Assembly (NCBI GenBank): GCA_973895155.1
Contig: OZ316895.1
Span: 8,854,184-8,918,183, forward strand
From: Marsupella aquatica
Taxonomy: Eukaryota; Plantae; Marchantiophyta
DNA: 64,000 nt
Direction: 5' to 3'
Under the pieces are notes generated by a model that was given only the letters and a program-made list of their open reading frames with translations, made no database searches and had not been told where the DNA came from. Both the position numbers and the translations under genes were made by a program. Below are positions 1 through 11,440 of this stretch, piece by piece; the first letter of the stretch is position 1, and the number at the start of each line of letters is the position of its first letter.

Positions 1-383
1 GAGGCAGCGGCGATTCGCCTTTCTTCGGCCGCATCCTGCACTTCCGGGCCCAGGGCAAGTTCCACCACCTTCCCTGCCTCTTTTCTTTGCTCACCATTGC
101 TATTGATGTTGTTGCTGCTGTTGTTGGAACTGCTGTTGGGGAGATAGGACAGGCGAATGTGATTCCCGATCCCCCAAGAGATTCGGATTCGGGGAATTCC
201 CGTTAGGCCGTGTCGCACACTGTACTCCACCACGGGCTGGTCTTGTTGTTGTGCATACTGCGGTTGCTTCTGGCTGCTTCTGCTGCTGAGGTGACCACTC
301 CCATTCCCGTTGCTGTTTCCAAAACCATTGGCGTGAAAGGGAACGATGCTGCTGCTGCCGCTCCCACCCCTGTCCATGCTCAT
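1..383 (-). CDS. NUP85: Nuclear pore complex protein NUP85, first coding exon (continues beyond left edge of window)
   Basis: Open frame from ATG at 383 to the window edge: MSMDRGGSGSSSIVPF...VVEYSVRHGLTGIPRIRISWGIGNHIRLSYL...GKVVELALGPEVQDAAEERRIAA. This resembles the plant NUP85 N-terminus as recalled (Y.L.HGL...RISISW..GN.LRV...GKVVEV.L....A..RRIA). It is absent from the ORF track because no stop lies in the window. Confidence 0.75.
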   Translation of the reverse strand, partial: MSMDRGGSGSSSIVPFHANGFGNSNGNGSGHLSSRSSQKQPQYAQQQDQPVVEYSVRHGLTGIPRIRISWGIGNHIRLSYLPNSSSNNSSNNINSNGEQRKEAGKVVELALGPEVQDAAEERRIAAA

Positions 384-399
384 GCTTCTCCTCTGTTCC

Positions 400-777
400 T
401 AAACCCTAAACCATTATACTAGCTCTTGACCATTCCCAACATGATTTCTCTGTTAGCCGTTCCAAACTCGTCCACACTAAGTAGCTCCCAGGCGTTTACC
501 CTTAGCACATTCTGTGACATGTCTGTAGATAACCTCTTGAAAAATTCATAGACCACGGGCTTAGAACAGAATTGAAGGCTACTGAAGCTAAAAAACCTCG
601 CCCAAAATGACTCCTAAGCGTTTCACACGAGCAACTGCATCACAGCTCCTCTCCGGATCCTGAAATCTTCAAGAATGCGTCCTGTCAGTTTTGCCAGATT
701 TCTCTGCACGCTAAACCCTACGTGTCTCTTTTGGTCAACATTTCACAAAATACGCACCGTCACACTCTAAACCCTAT
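400..777. promoter_or_regulatory. Telo-box motifs (AAACCCTA) upstream of NUP85
   Basis: AAACCCTA at ~401, ~713 and ~769. Telo-boxes are known in the 5' regions of plant housekeeping genes. Confidence 0.4.
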
Positions 778-1258
778 TTTCCCTAACTCTTGAGGATTTG
801 GCAACCTGACTTCTCTACCTTCGTACCTCCACTTCATCGTCTCACACAAACCTCTTCAACGACATTTTGAACAATACTAGAGCACAAGTTGGCATTTCCT
901 TCAAAGCACTTCGGGAGCTCGATCGACTCCATACCTGGTCTTCAGCATTTCAGACGCGAAGCAGTGCAATACATTCAAGACTCGTCATGAATTGTTGGAG
1001 AATAACCATCCCCGGCTCGGTTTTCAAGGAATTTTCGCATAAGAGTGTGACAATCTATACTACAGCGCTTCACACAGCAGCAGGTCGTTACTCGTCGACG
1101 CGATGATAATCATAACTTCGCATCATTTCATCTACAGGATCTCCATTAGCCTCGGACGGACCTCCATTTGTCCATGAACTCTGACGGCAAGTCGGCAACA
1201 ACGCGACCGAAGGCCATTTGGCAGCTAGAGCGCTGCGCTGCATACCAGAGCTCAGTTG

Positions 1259-1288
1259 AGCTCAGCTCAGCTCAGCTCAGCTCAGCTC
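1259..1288. repeat. (GCTCA)n microsatellite
   Basis: agctcagctcagctcagctcagctcagctc; the same motif recurs at 57775-57793. Confidence 0.9.
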
Positions 1289-1827
1289 GAGGAATGAGCG
1301 GGAAAACTTGAGCTAAGAATTGAGCTCTAGGGTAAGCTTTACTGAAGAAGAACCCGTTTCCGTGACACAACCCGAGCACTGCTGAAGAGAGAAGACCTCT
1401 TGTTTGCGGAGTTCGAGGAGAATTTGAATGGGTAAAACGCCCGTTTTCTTCGAGAAAACTCGTGACTGAGGAAGAGTCGAGACCTCTTCTTGTGCTTTTG
1501 TGTAATTCGAAACCTTGAAAATGGGTTTCATGTTGTAACAACGAGATATAGAAATGGACTTTTGGTACAGGGAGTGAGCTCCTAATTAGTCAATTTGGGT
1601 TGTGAGGGAAAACGAGTACTTGTCTGATCATTCCTGCTTTACTGGTTTTCATTCACATATCATTTGTGTGGGTTGATACAATTCTCATGTTTGTCTATAT
1701 TTGCACTTATTTTACAAATGCATGCATTTGCCATTAGAAAATGGGACCTCGATTTGAAGTTTGAATTAACTCGCTTATTTTCAATTGTGTGTTTAGATGA
1801 TCACTTACTGTATGAAATGCTAACCAC

Positions 1828-1970
1828 AGTTTTTTGTTTTTTGTTTTAATTTTTTTAAGGAGAAATCTGTGAAACCCGGCAGAAAGGGAACCAGTCAACC
1901 ACAACATTTGAACACTAGACCTATAAGTCTCAATGCAAGTGAGCTATCGCACAGCCATGCCTCTCTGGGC
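1828..1970 (-). mobile_element. Short tRNA-derived SINE with A-rich tail and target-site duplication
   Basis: Minus strand shows an A-box-like TGGCTGTGCGATAG, a B-box-like GTTCAAATG and an A-rich tail (T-run at 1830-1856 on plus). It is flanked by the direct repeat TGCTAACCAC at 1818-1827 and 1971-1980. Confidence 0.7.
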
Positions 1971-3344
1971 TGCTAACCACGGGTTAAATGTACATGTTTG
2001 GTGGTGGGATGAAATTTTAAGTGTCCCCCATTAGATGTTTCTTTTGTTGTAGAAACCATCTTATTCTACCACCCTGGCTCCTATTGAGCAGCTAAAAACG
2101 TAAATCATATCATGGAAACACCAAAAACTAAAATTTATTCCATGAAAACTCATGTATTGGAGCAAAAACATTGACTAAATTGTCCTCTTACATAAAACCA
2201 TTCCATTGTAACAAAATGATGCTCTAATTTGCTGCAACATTTTATTTTGAGTTTAGTGTAACACGCCCGCAACAGTAGACATATTACAGTATGTACTAAA
2301 ATATTATTCAAACTAAAATCACATTCTAGACAGACTACAATCTGGACATGTTGTCCAATGTCACAACCTATCAGAGCTTCAATTTCTTTGGTTTCTTATG
2401 TTTATATGTCATGCTCATCTCATACTTTTATACATGATTTAGACATGTTTTCCAAACACCCACTCACTATTCTTAGTAGGGCTGAGACTGTTTGGTTTTA
2501 GGGCCTCTAAGAAAATCCCCCTTTTATGATCATCAAGTATGGTTGACTCCAAGTAGGGCTTTCCAGTTTGTTCAGGGGCCTTGATTCTTTGGCCCTTGCT
2601 GGGACTCACAGGCTTTTTGGCTTTTGGTTTACTTGGGTTTTTGCTTGATGTTCTCCCCTTCATTAGGTTTCCTGCATTTGGGATCCTGTCTCCCTGTGTT
2701 GCGCTTTTCGTTCTTTACTTTGGCAATATGATATCTGGTTATCCTGAGTTTCCAAACACTCCCACCGACGATATTCACCTTCTGTCTAAGGTGACCTTTT
2801 CAGACCTGGAGACAGATATTGACTCAAAAGAGTGTGAAGTGCAGCCTCAGGTAAGGGATGATAACTAAAGAGGCTTTCCAGTGTATTAGCTGGTCATTTT
2901 TCCTTTGGCCGAGTGTTCGTTGAGAATAAACATTCTACTACAAACTGGTCATTTCTAATTTGGCCTTGAAACGAATGTTAGTTGAGAAAAAACTTTCTAC
3001 GAGTTTTTTTCAGTAGACTATCATCAGACCTGGATGTACCAGATTTCACCATTAATAATCTGTTCTGAATCCACAATCTCCACCATTGTTTTTCCCCACT
3101 TGATGGAGCCGATCTGGATCCACAGGTATCGCCACCAATAAATTTATTTTTTCCTGAATTAGTGGAGAAGACTGGAGATCATTATCAGACAGGTTTCAAT
3201 CATTAATGTATTTCTTTTCCATCAAACCTGGATTCACAGGTTATACCATTCGAATTTTTTTTGTCTTTCTTCTTCATCAAATCTGGATCCCCATGTGTGA
3301 TTTTTTTCCCTTGAATTCGTGGATGCTGGCAGAGTGGGAAAAGA

Positions 3345-3770
3345 CGACACCTAAGTCATAGTGGGAAAAGATAACCCTAAACGTCTCAACACAAATAGTC
3401 ATGTTTGGTTCCTCTTGCATAACAAACCATTCTCCATAACAAACCATTCTTCTGGCTGCAGGTGCTTTTAGAGATTTTGGAAGGAGCTTCCCATGGGACA
3501 CTTAAGTCATAGTGGGAAAAGACAACCCTAAACGTCTCAAAACACAAATAGTCATGTTTGGTTCCTCTTGCATAACAAACCATTCTCCATAACAAACCAT
3601 TCTCCATAACAAACCATTCTTCTGGCTGCAGGTGCTTTTAGAGATTTTGGAAGGAGCTTCCCATGGGACCGTAACAAGTTTATACTACGTTCAGGAAGCA
3701 TCGCAGGTGCTTTTAGAGATTTTGGAAGGAGCTTCCCATGGGGCTGTAACAAGTTTATGTTACGTTCAGG
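3345..3770. repeat. Compound tandem duplication (~151-bp unit with nested ~17-bp and ~75-bp sub-repeats)
   Basis: taagtcatagtgggaaaaga at 3352 and 3503; cataacaaaccattctc repeated; gcaggtgcttttagagattttggaaggagcttcccatggg at ~3458, ~3628 and ~3703. Confidence 0.9.
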
Positions 3771-4301
3771 ACCAAGCACATCCCAAGGCAGAAGATTTCA
3801 GTCCTGAAGTGACAATTCTATCCCACCATGTGACTGGGGAATTTCCATTGTGCTCCCCCATATTACTCATGAGCTGATTGTAACGACAACAGTCTTCATC
3901 ACCACCTTCACCACATTTCTAAATTGTATTGTACAGAGTAGATCAATCCTTGCGAGTTTCATTCTACTAATAATGCCTTACCGCCCCAGCAACAACACCC
4001 AAACCGTGGAAGATCCACTTAACGTGAGACATGAATGACGCAAAAGTGGTGGCTCAATAGGAACAACTCCTCTTCGAATTGCTCCACATAAATATTTCAG
4101 GTTGGAGCTGATTCTTCTAATATGCTTCGCCTCAAATAAACTTGTCTCGAGCAAAAAGTATGCAAACGACCTCATGAGTACACACTTCCGTAGTAGGGAA
4201 AGGGAATTCCACCATTTGCATTTTCCTACCTACCACAGAATTGAATTTTCGAAGTTCCCCTGACAATGGGGCAAAGGGGGTAATATAATCGGCAAGCTAG
4301 C

Positions 4302-7300
4302 CTAAAGTTCGTCATGTGACTCGGGATCATTTTGTAATAACTGCTGCTCCAAAACCTGGCAACACCGGTTCAAACAAGTTTCAAGCAAGTAAGAGGGATG
4401 TCGTGAATTGCCTTCATCATGGAACAGAAGAGCACATTACCTAGGTTAGAGTAGGTAGTCTGAAGGCAGTAGCTATTAAAGACTCAATGAGCGAATCAGA
4501 AAGTAGCAAACACTTTTCAAACAGCAATTGCCTCAGTCCTGCTCTGAATCTTTAAAAAAATGTCCTGAATGGAGGTCAGACCTGGACTTTTGCCGGTAAA
4601 CACAATGCTGGGGCGGAAAACTCCCCAACATATCTGCAAATTACACCATGAAGGAAATTAATGCCATGCCAAGAGGTGGGTCCGTAGAGCACCCCTCCAA
4701 TCAATTACACAGAAAACATAAGGAGATATGGGAGAGTAGAAGAATTACTCGCAACGGCTTGGTTCATCTACAGACCGCAGCTCAAGTTTAGTCCCACATC
4801 GCATTTTAACCTGCAATAACAAGAGAGGGTTGTCATAAACTATGTCTGAGAGGCAACCTTGAACAAATTATGTCCAGCCGAGTTATCCAAAAATCCAGTC
4901 CTGAATTCAACATACCCGTAGACTTCGCTCAGGACCATTCCAGCAGCGGTCGCCATGTTCAAAGATCATCTCTCTATAATCCTCTTTGAATCCTTGCCAC
5001 CGTCTGAAAAAGACAGACCCAAGTCTTTCAGATCGATCACGGAATACGACTTTCAGCACTAAATACTACGACGAAAGTATTTGACCCCAGCAGTAGCGGT
5101 ACTTACACAGACATCCACGACATTGGACACAGAACAAGAACTACTGTATGACTATGACCTGATGCTGCCTCATTCTCAATATGAGTTTAACCCTCCCATA
5201 GGTTTGACTCTAGAAAATAGTCTTTCTAAATAGATACGTTGACCTCGTTTGAGACCATTCGCGACCATTGCACCACTCCATCCCATCCAGAAGGCAATCA
5301 GAAGCACTACATAACCATTCATCGGTCTGATTTCTAGTACAAGCAAGCAGTTAGATTTCTATCAAGAGAATTTGACAAGGAAAAATACTCTTAGAGACGT
5401 TGACTTGGAAGCCATGGATTCACTGTACAAAAGTTCTTGAGCAACATATACGTACCCCAGACGAGTTGTTGAGTGTGATTCGGTCTGAGTAGCATCTTTG
5501 TAAGCGCATACATTATAAGTGTACCTGCGTACAATTCTCGATTAAGATTAGAGGCAACGAACGCCAGTGCCTTTCCCGAGTAAGAATTGAGCATCAGACA
5601 TAACTCTCAGTGATACTAAAACCGGACTCAAAATTACTGTGATCTGAGCTTACTTCTTATCCTTCAACTCAAAGCACCTGTCGTAAAATCCATAGAACTC
5701 TCCCTCTTTCCCTGTCATGGAAAGAAGCCTTTTCAGCAACTGATTAAACCACAGATGCTTGTCACATGCCTATAAGGTGTAAGGCAATTGTAAATCTCTG
5801 CCTTTTGAATTGAATGTCCTAGACTTACATAGAATACCAAAGTATACAACATCGGACCATGGTTAAATGCTAGTTGTTTGAAGACTCTAGCGGACATTCA
5901 GCAAAAAAGCACTGTGCAGGTTCAGGGATCTCTCTTACCAAAATCTTGCTGGTTTCTTTTCTCTATCTCACTAATTTTCCTTTCTACGCCTTGTAGCTTG
6001 TCATAAGTTTCTTGGTACTCCTTAAGGATACGCTCAGCCTCTGCGGAAGCCACAAATAGCTTTAGCTGTAAAATACCCAGACTCTTAACGACATGCTACA
6101 ACATGCATTTAGTTCCCAGAACAGAGAGATTGAACTTGACGCACCAGATTTCTCCACTGGTGGCCTATTCAGGCCAAGCAGTCGTCGGATATGTTCAGGT
6201 ATGACAAATAGTTGGGACCACCATGAAGAATGCCCTGTGTCTGTCAACTCCGGGCTGAAGGCTGTGCAAACACATCACATACGTATAAGTTGCTAAGAGA
6301 TCATCACTTGGGAGCATGGAAGACTCTCCTTCCCCAGATTTAATTGACTTCGTACGATATAGCCATTGTGGCGATCCAATACAAAATTATTTGTTGAGTT
6401 TTATATGCTAGTCCACTTAGTGTTCCCCACGATGAATCTAGGAGTCGCTTTGTATCTTACATCCATGAACGGCATGCACGAGCAACCGCGAATCCAAATA
6501 CGAGAAGAAAGCTAAAACATTAAATTAGGGACATCTCGATGAATAAAATCGGTTTAAAACACTCACTGTTTGATGACGGGAAGTGGGTTGCATCATAGTC
6601 ATCGTCTTCATCGTTGTCATGCATTACAGCTAGTTCCTCCTCTTCCTCATCGTCTTCCTCACTGTGGTGCTCAGATGCAGCTTCATGCGATGCCAGTATA
6701 TCACTCACATCTTCCCCTGTCCAACGAGAGGCGATGACTCTACCCCGTTCTGCTTCGCTTAAATGATCCAGGCCCTCATCATCGGTAAGAAGATCCTCAA
6801 CATCCGTAGGAGCAGTATCTACCTGCAAATATGACCCAAAAAGCATACTTAATCCAGTACAGTGGTTGTTTAAAACCAAAATTGTTTTTCAGGTCATATG
6901 TACTGTAACGTAAAAACATTTATTCAGAACCAGACAGCTCAGATGCAGAGTCCATTAATTGATTAGCTTATCATTTTTTTCATCAACGTAATTACTGTTC
7001 CAGTGTAGCAGTGTTCTGAAGCATCAACAACAGAGGACACTGTTTCCGCATAACAAAAACTTATATTTGAGGATTTGACCCGCCTCTCAGATTCACAAAT
7101 GGAAGACTTGCCATTCAAAACATGCTTCCTTGTTTTTCAGAAGGAGCTTCGCTTCTCCTCCACTTGCCAGCATGGGTAAGGTTACTTTCTGCTGCCATTC
7201 ATATGTGCCAGACGCTGGAATTCTTGACGTCACAACAAGAAGTCATAAAGACAGATCTTCGTTTTCCAAGAGAGAAAAATACGCTCAGTTCAAAAATACC

Positions 7301-10300
7301 TCCCTTACAGTAAGTGAGCACAGATGACAGATCTAACAAGCACAATCCGACTAGGCGACCAAAACAGACCTGCATGTATAATCTATTGACACCAACCTGA
7401 CCCGTACATTCTCGTGATAGAATTGGCAATAGGCTAATTATATAAGTCAGACGTGTAAAAATTCTCAGCAAATGGAAAGGCCGCCCAAATCCAGGAACAT
7501 CTATATGGTTGGTCATTACGCCCCAAATTGCTGTATTGCGCATACTAACATTACATGAATTCAAATCCATTTCTTGATCAAGTGTTTATAAAATTCATAT
7601 TTGTGTTCACTCGTATACTCCTAGTAAAGCTAGTAGTACTCAAAGGCATAACTGCTGAGCCCTCGATGGCCACTGCCAGCGAACCAACAATTTTACTAGC
7701 GAGAAACAACACAAGATTAACAATGAACAGAATCCCGGTTGCCCAATAAGATCATTGAAATCCCACAAAAACCACAATAAACACACACAGCTGCAACCAC
7801 TGACGTATGTGATGACACCTCGTTCTTCATTCCAAGAAAGACGAGTACAGCCAGAGCAAACTTTTGTAGAACATAATGTCAATATTCCTGCCAAAGAGAT
7901 TGAACAGATGCGAATGGGTCGGAGGGGACAGTGAACGTTCTTTCCTTAGTTTGAGGGTGGGGGAAGAGTGAACGGAGGGGTTTAAGCGTGACAAATCCCT
8001 TTGGCAGGAATTTCCGTTAAATCAAATTTGCATGATATGAAGAGAATAGTTAGGACACAAGACCGCGACTAAAAGCACATGTGAATAGAAGCGACGACAA
8101 TATTTATTAAGCTTCATTAAGTGATCCACTTCAAAACAGAGAACATCGTTAGCCAAGGGGCACACAGCCTCCAGCAAATTACATCCGCCCTGGCGGTACA
8201 ATCTATGATACTCAAATTTCGAGAGTTTCTTTAACCTCACCTCTTCAGGACTTTCTGAAGGTACTTCTACTTGACTTGGGGCTTCCTCTGCTTGCTGGGA
8301 TTTTTCATTCTCCACGGCAGTTCCCTTCTCCGTGGCCGTTTCCTTCTCCCTTCTCTCTTGCTCTGCCTTCTCTCTTTTCTCCTGCTCTTCCTTCTCTCTT
8401 CTCTCTCTCTCCTTCACCTCCTGTTCCTGCTTCTCTACAGCTTCCTTTTCCACTGCCATATATTGCAAGAGTCACATTGCCAGTGCCAAAGAATCAGCTT
8501 CAATGAAGGGCTTCATGAACGTGCTCAAGGAGGGGGCCATGGCGAGCCCCTCTAAAAAAAAGTCCAACGATCTTGGTGCTATCTTGCTACAGCTAGAAGT
8601 TCTCTAGGCACTTTATGGCAGACTAACAATGTGGGAGAATGTCCAACTTTGAATAGGCTCATCCACTAGCTGCCGTGCACTACGTGACCTCAAAGATATA
8701 GCTATCGCCTCCTTGGCATACGGCGGGCCGTGCAGGTTCTTCTAAAAAAATGCCCCCAAATGAAGGCAGCCACTCCAATCAACTCCAATAGCAGCACCAC
8801 CTTTAAGTCTGTCAACCATTGAACACGCTTCACTAGTAAATTATGCTGTACTTGGCTTTCAACTGCCCATTGCCAGCCGACTACCCCCCAACCCTTAACT
8901 TCCCCTTCCCCCCACCCATTCCTGGAAACAGGAGGCCCTAACCACATCCCGTCCTATGATGATTGCTTCCTTCATTCACAGATGCATGCTGCTTTGGCGG
9001 AAACCAGAATTGCCCAATATATCATGACCAGACTTGGTGCCACAGCATACACAGAATCAACTTACCTTTCAGCTTGGAAACTATCTCCTTCAGACTCTTC
9101 TCCTCCTTTTTCAGTTGCCCCAGTTCTGAGTCGTACCCTTGACGCAGCTTCTGCGCAGTTTCGACATCTCGATTCCGTGTGATCAATCCTTCCTTGAAGG
9201 TTGCAAGTTTTTTCTTCAGTTTCTCTATTGATTGCTTGCCGGACTCCCGACATGTGTTTGGGCATTTAACCTTCCCATCAAATTCGTCACTCCCATCACA
9301 GCAATCTGCACACGAGATTCATCCAGAATGTACGGTTTCTCTATTAATTGCTTGCCGGATTCCCGACAAGTGTTTGAGAATTTAACGTTCCAATCAAATT
9401 CACCACTCCCATCACAGCAATCTGCACACAAGATTCATGTAGAATATACGTCTTTTCAATGGTTCATAATTCGTTGTTCACCCTCTCCACTCCTAAAAGA
9501 ACATGAGCAGTGAACGCATTGATTGCTAAAAAACATATTAATGTCGATAGGACAACGCCAACCTCAAAAATGCATACAAAATCAACGTTGCCATTTCGTC
9601 CGTTCTCCTAACTATGATATGTGTGACTTCAAACAAATCAATTACTTATTCTCATCTCAATAACCTCCTACGCAATAGCAAACTATGAAAGCACACGGCA
9701 GACGTACCGGAGCGAATCAATTCAGAGCCACTTACCACAAATGCCATCATTCACACGTGATGAGAACAGTACTACAGGTTTATGTCCCAAGTTCTTACAG
9801 TAGAACTTGCCCTCTGGACATGCGTTGGTACCTACACATATCCACATGACCTAACAAAATCATTACAAAATCTATCCTAGAAGGTAAATTGGCCAAATGA
9901 ATGTCACACCCTAGATTCTTTTCACAACACAAAAGGGCTCCCAAAACACAGACAACAGACTGATTGTCAGCGTCAAGAATTGGACCTATTCTGGCGACAA
10001 CGAAGGAACGGAATGACAACATATCAAGAGTGCCAAGCCATCCAGATAAACTTCTAAACAACCAGTAAAGCGGCCCCGAATCCTTCCCGTCCACGTATGA
10101 AAATTTACAGCAGGAACGCTGACTAAGATATCCTCAGCCCTTTCGACATTTCCCTCATAGGACTTCACCACTTCTAGAAATCCCCAATCGACGTTAGATG
10201 ATGTATGGTAAATGGATTGCTGAAATATTGCCACCTGGGAGCTTCCAGAGAAGCTCTACCTTCCAGCACAAGCTCTTTCTCGTTGACACTTACCGGGCTC

Positions 10301-10720
10301 ATCAGTTCCATCCAGGCAGTCACAAAAATCATCGTTGAGACGCTCCTGAGCAAAGCTCTTAGATCCATCTTTGCATTTGATGACTGCGGTCTGGTAATAC
10401 TTCTCATCTGGAGATACCAATGAATGCTTAGAATCCGCCTTTCCGGAGGGGGTAATTGAATCTACTGGTCATCAAAAGGCATGTTGAAGTTTACAAAAAA
10501 AAGGATCCAGCTAGAATTAAACGATGATCCCTCTGCAGAGACAGAGAAGGGTGACGACGAGGGGAAGCAAGGCACAATTTTTCGTGCGCATTTACCTCGG
10601 AGAAAGTCCCAATACTTTACCTTGGGTTGCAACTCCACGCAAGTTTGGTACTGCTGCAGCTTCTCTGAGGACAACCACGAGAAGGAAACTCAACACAAAC
10701 CGTGAGAATTGAGATCTCAT
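4302..10720 (-). CDS. PSL4: Glucosidase II beta subunit (PRKCSH/PSL4 homologue), 14 exons, ~539 aa
   Basis: Exons 10720-10621, 10407-10294, 9831-9736, 9305-9066, 8452-8241, 6822-6567, 6261-6145, 6040-5939, 5711-5654, 5524-5456, 5003-4916, 4810-4749, 4633-4582 and 4355-4302, all GT-AG and phase-consistent. The protein has a signal peptide, an [31 protein letters not shown] domain, a coiled coil, an MRH domain (CWNGPERS...VDEPSRCEY) and a C-terminal HDEL. Confidence 0.95.
9220..9450. repeat. 116-bp tandem duplication of the exon 4 acceptor and 5' exon segment of PSL4
   Basis: gcaatctgcaca at 9301 and 9417. The upstream copy translates [25 protein letters not shown], versus [25 protein letters not shown] in the true exon. 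Confidence 0.9.
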
Positions 10721-11343
10721 CGCGGAACAGTGATCTTCCCTTCCTGCAACTCCGATTCGCCCGAACCCCTTCTGGCACGACCACCAAACCCTCAACCGCT
10801 CCTCTTTCCCCTCCTCTCCTCTTAGTTACCCGGAAAATCGGCAGTGCCTGCAAATCCCCACCGAGGCGTTGCCAAATTCCACTCCTCTTTCGTCTTCATC
10901 AACGGGAAAAATCCGAAGATCCTCCAAATCTCTCCTCACGCGTTGGCGAATTCCGGAATCCCGGCCTCCCACCCGAACAGAAGAGGGCAGAAAAACTTGC
11001 TGCTCATCGAAACGGGGTGATGGAGAGAGAACGGCCTTCCCTATACTTCCAATTTGTTTTCTTTTCTTATATTCCACTGCGAAACGGACGAAGGACACCA
11101 ACACCGAGGTCAGGCTGGTGAAAAGACCCGATCGAGGGCGATGAAGCTGCAAGAGCCTAACAACAAGTTCCCTTGATTTGGTCTACTGAATCAACCAGAA
11201 AGAAACTCAAGTCGGTTCTCACCTGCACAGATGAGAATACTCTAACGCCAGAGACACAGAAAGACTCGACGGAAACGGAACCAGTGACTGACGAAGACAC
11301 TCCACTAGTGTGAGGGAAATGGAACCAGTGGGTGATGAAGAAG

Positions 11344-11368
11344 CTCTACTCTACTCTACTCTACTCTA
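11344..11368. repeat. (CTCTA)n microsatellite
   Basis: ctctactctactctactctactcta, upstream of PSL4 and just 5' of the retroelement. Confidence 0.9.
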
Positions 11369-11440
11369 TTGTGACGAAAACGGACCCGACGTAGAGAGAC
11401 TGATATGGAGCTCGCTCCGAAATTCTCTCAAGCTACTAAC

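Noticed and set aside
8505-8940. MITE in PSL4 intron 4 (AGGGCTTC...GAGGCCCT)
   Set aside because: The inverted ends are short and imperfect, and there is no TSD.
10592-10620. Alternative donor extending PSL4 exon 1 (…VLGLSPR)
   Set aside because: It gives the wrong phase for exon 2; the donor at 10620 restores the conserved QDEKYY.
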